A stretch of DNA of 26,107 nt from a virus (taxonomy: Duplodnaviria; Caudoviricetes): IMG/VR virus record IMGVR_UViG_3300011438_000036, positions 1-26,107 of that record; one strand, 5' to 3'. A program made the translations under genes and the position numbers. The notes beneath the pieces were generated by a model. It made no database searches. It saw only the letters and a program-made list of their open reading frames with translations, and was not told the origin of the DNA. Positions 24,525 through 26,107 of the stretch are shown piece by piece. Every line of letters starts with the position of its first letter. Position 1 is the first letter of the stretch.

Positions 24525-25517
24525 ATGCCGCGCTACGGGGTCATTGACGCGGAGCTCGGCCGTCGCGGTCTCGTCGATCCCGCTCTCGACCGCTTCGGCC
24601 TCATCGATCCGGACTTCCTCAGCGCCGGCGCCGGCGGGACCACGTTCACGATCACCCCGTCGGGCAGCATCGCCAGCACCGGCGCGCTCGTCCGCGTGAC
24701 GAGCAAGACGCTCACGGGCGGCGGCACGCCCGCGGGCGCACTCAGTAAGGCCGTCAGCCGCGCGATGGCCGGCACGATCGCGAACGCCGGCGCACTCACC
24801 AAGCTCGTCGCGAAGCCGCTCACCGGCGCCATCGCATCGGCCGGCGCGCTCACCACCACGAAGATCGTCCTGATGACAGTCACGGGCGCGATCGCGACGG
24901 CCGGCGCGCTCGTGCGCGCGACGTTGAAGGGGCTGAGCGGCACGGCCACGTCGGCCGGCGCGCTGCGACGGGACGACAGCAAGGCCGTATCCGGCACGCA
25001 GGCCAGCGCCGGCGCCGTCATCAAGGCGGTCAACAAGCCGATCACCGGTGCGATCGCCTCGAGCGGCGCACTGACGGCGGTCCGGACATTCCTGCGGACC
25101 TTCACCGGCACGCTCAGCACCACCGGCGCATTGGCGAAGACGCCCGCGATCGCGCGCGCGGGCACGACGAGTTCGAGCGGCACCGTCCGGAAGACGATCG
25201 CGCTGCAGCGGTCCGGCAGCGTGACGCCGGCGGGCGCGCTGCGGAATGCCGTGAGCAAGTTCTGGTCCGGCGTCATCGATCTCGTCGGCCGACTCTTCGG
25301 GATCGGCGAGCAGACCCCGACCACGCGGCCCGCGACGGCCTACGGGATCGCCGTGAGCCGCGCGAGCCAGACCGGGATCGCGGCGATCATGACGACGCAG
25401 ATCGGGACGTGTAGCGATCGCAGCAGCGCGACCGGGCGCGCGGTCGACCTGACCGACGTCGTCGGGATCGCCGGCACGCGGACATCCGTGACCGGCATGG
25501 CACAAAGGAGCGAGTAG
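24525..25517 (+). CDS. repeat-rich fibre shaft protein
   Basis: Eleven 18/20-aa repeats with consensus (T/S)G-x-x-x-x-x-GAL, flanked by 10-aa repeats. Confidence 0.75.
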   Translation: MPRYGVIDAELGRRGLVDPALDRFGLIDPDFLSAGAGGTTFTITPSGSIASTGALVRVTSKTLTGGGTPAGALSKAVSRAMAGTIANAGALTKLVAKPLTGAIASAGALTTTKIVLMTVTGAIATAGALVRATLKGLSGTATSAGALRRDDSKAVSGTQASAGAVIKAVNKPITGAIASSGALTAVRTFLRTFTGTLSTTGALAKTPAIARAGTTSSSGTVRKTIALQRSGSVTPAGALRNAVSKFWSGVIDLVGRLFGIGEQTPTTRPATAYGIAVSRASQTGIAAIMTTQIGTCSDRSSATGRAVDLTDVVGIAGTRTSVTGMAQRSE

Positions 25518-25519
25518 GT

Positions 25520-25876
25520 ATGGCGACGGCCGTCGATCCGTTCAATCAGCACTTCATCTTCCATCGCGGCGAGGACGTCCACATCCTGCTGCGGCTCGCG
25601 CCCATCGACCCGACCGATCTCCCGAACCTCTGGGAGTTCGGGTTCTGGCTGAAAGAGGACCTCGACGACGCCGACGCGGACGCCGTCCTCGATCACAATG
25701 ACATCACGATCGAGGCGGCGGCCAACGGCGACATCGACCTCGACCTCGGCGCCGAGGACACGCTGCAGACGGCGAAGACCTATCACTTCGCGCTCTGGCG
25801 GACGCACGACGGGAGCAACGCGATGCTCTCCGGCGGGACGATTCAGCTGCTGAAGTCGGCGCGCAAGGGCGCCTAG
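25520..25876 (+). CDS. small acidic beta-sandwich protein (BppU N-terminal-like fibre adaptor)
   Basis: FHRGED..., GDIDLDLGAEDT...YHFALW...GTIQL pattern; last gene of the + strand operon. Confidence 0.6.
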   Translation: MATAVDPFNQHFIFHRGEDVHILLRLAPIDPTDLPNLWEFGFWLKEDLDDADADAVLDHNDITIEAAANGDIDLDLGAEDTLQTAKTYHFALWRTHDGSNAMLSGGTIQLLKSARKGA

Positions 25877-26107
25877 GTCGGCGGCTCGGCGGGGGCGGGC
25901 GATCCCCCAGCGAGTAACTTTTGCATTTCACCAATCGCACGCGCCCAGTCGTTCGTCATGGCGATAGTGTCGAGCAATTTATGCGCGGCGGATCGGAGGG
26001 CGGCGATCTGCGCCGATTGCATCCGAAACTCCATCAACCCTTGTGGGATGCGCTCGGCTTCTAACGCGCGCTCGCGGAGTGGCTTCGTCCGGCGCACGGC
26101 CTCATCC
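25873..26107 (-). CDS. hypothetical protein, convergent, possibly truncated by the window edge
   Basis: Frame stays open from the window end through GTG 26097 to TAG 25873; lower GC than the structural genes. Confidence 0.45.
   Translation of the reverse strand, partial: DEAVRRTKPLRERALEAERIPQGLMEFRMQSAQIAALRSAAHKLLDTIAMTNDWARAIGEMQKLLAGGSPAPAEPPT

Noticed and set aside
16863-25876. Diversity-generating retroelement or invertible fibre cassette
   Set aside because: No reverse transcriptase, invertase, adenine-variant repeat pair or inverted fibre segment was visible by eye; a partner outside the window cannot be excluded.

Overview
GC-rich window (roughly 69% by eye) holding the late region of a temperate siphovirus-type phage or prophage, almost all on the + strand and largely translationally coupled. 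The order is: a 3'-half tRNA-Arg(CCU) att core, terS, terL, an inserted chimeric ORF, a portal fused to a MuF domain, three small genes (Zn-ribbon, unknown, HTH), a Mu-like protease/scaffold, capsid cement, a Com-like zinc finger, major capsid, head-neck genes, tail tube, a tail chaperone with a putative +1 frameshift, tape measure, tail tip and fibre, a GH108 endolysin with holin-like genes, and a further 6 kb cluster of fibre-like genes after lysis. Three observations stand out. (1) A Mu Com-like RNA-binding gene missed as a separate ORF sits directly before the major capsid gene, whose Shine-Dalgarno is folded into a hairpin preceded by GAG motifs; similar occluded leaders precede two other genes, suggesting Com-type translational control of virion assembly. 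(2) A beta-propeller-like protein carries two eukaryote-like thrombospondin type-1 repeats. (3) The post-lysis module includes a split fibre gene and a fibre with hierarchical repeats. All family calls come from motif recognition by eye; no database search or folding program was run.
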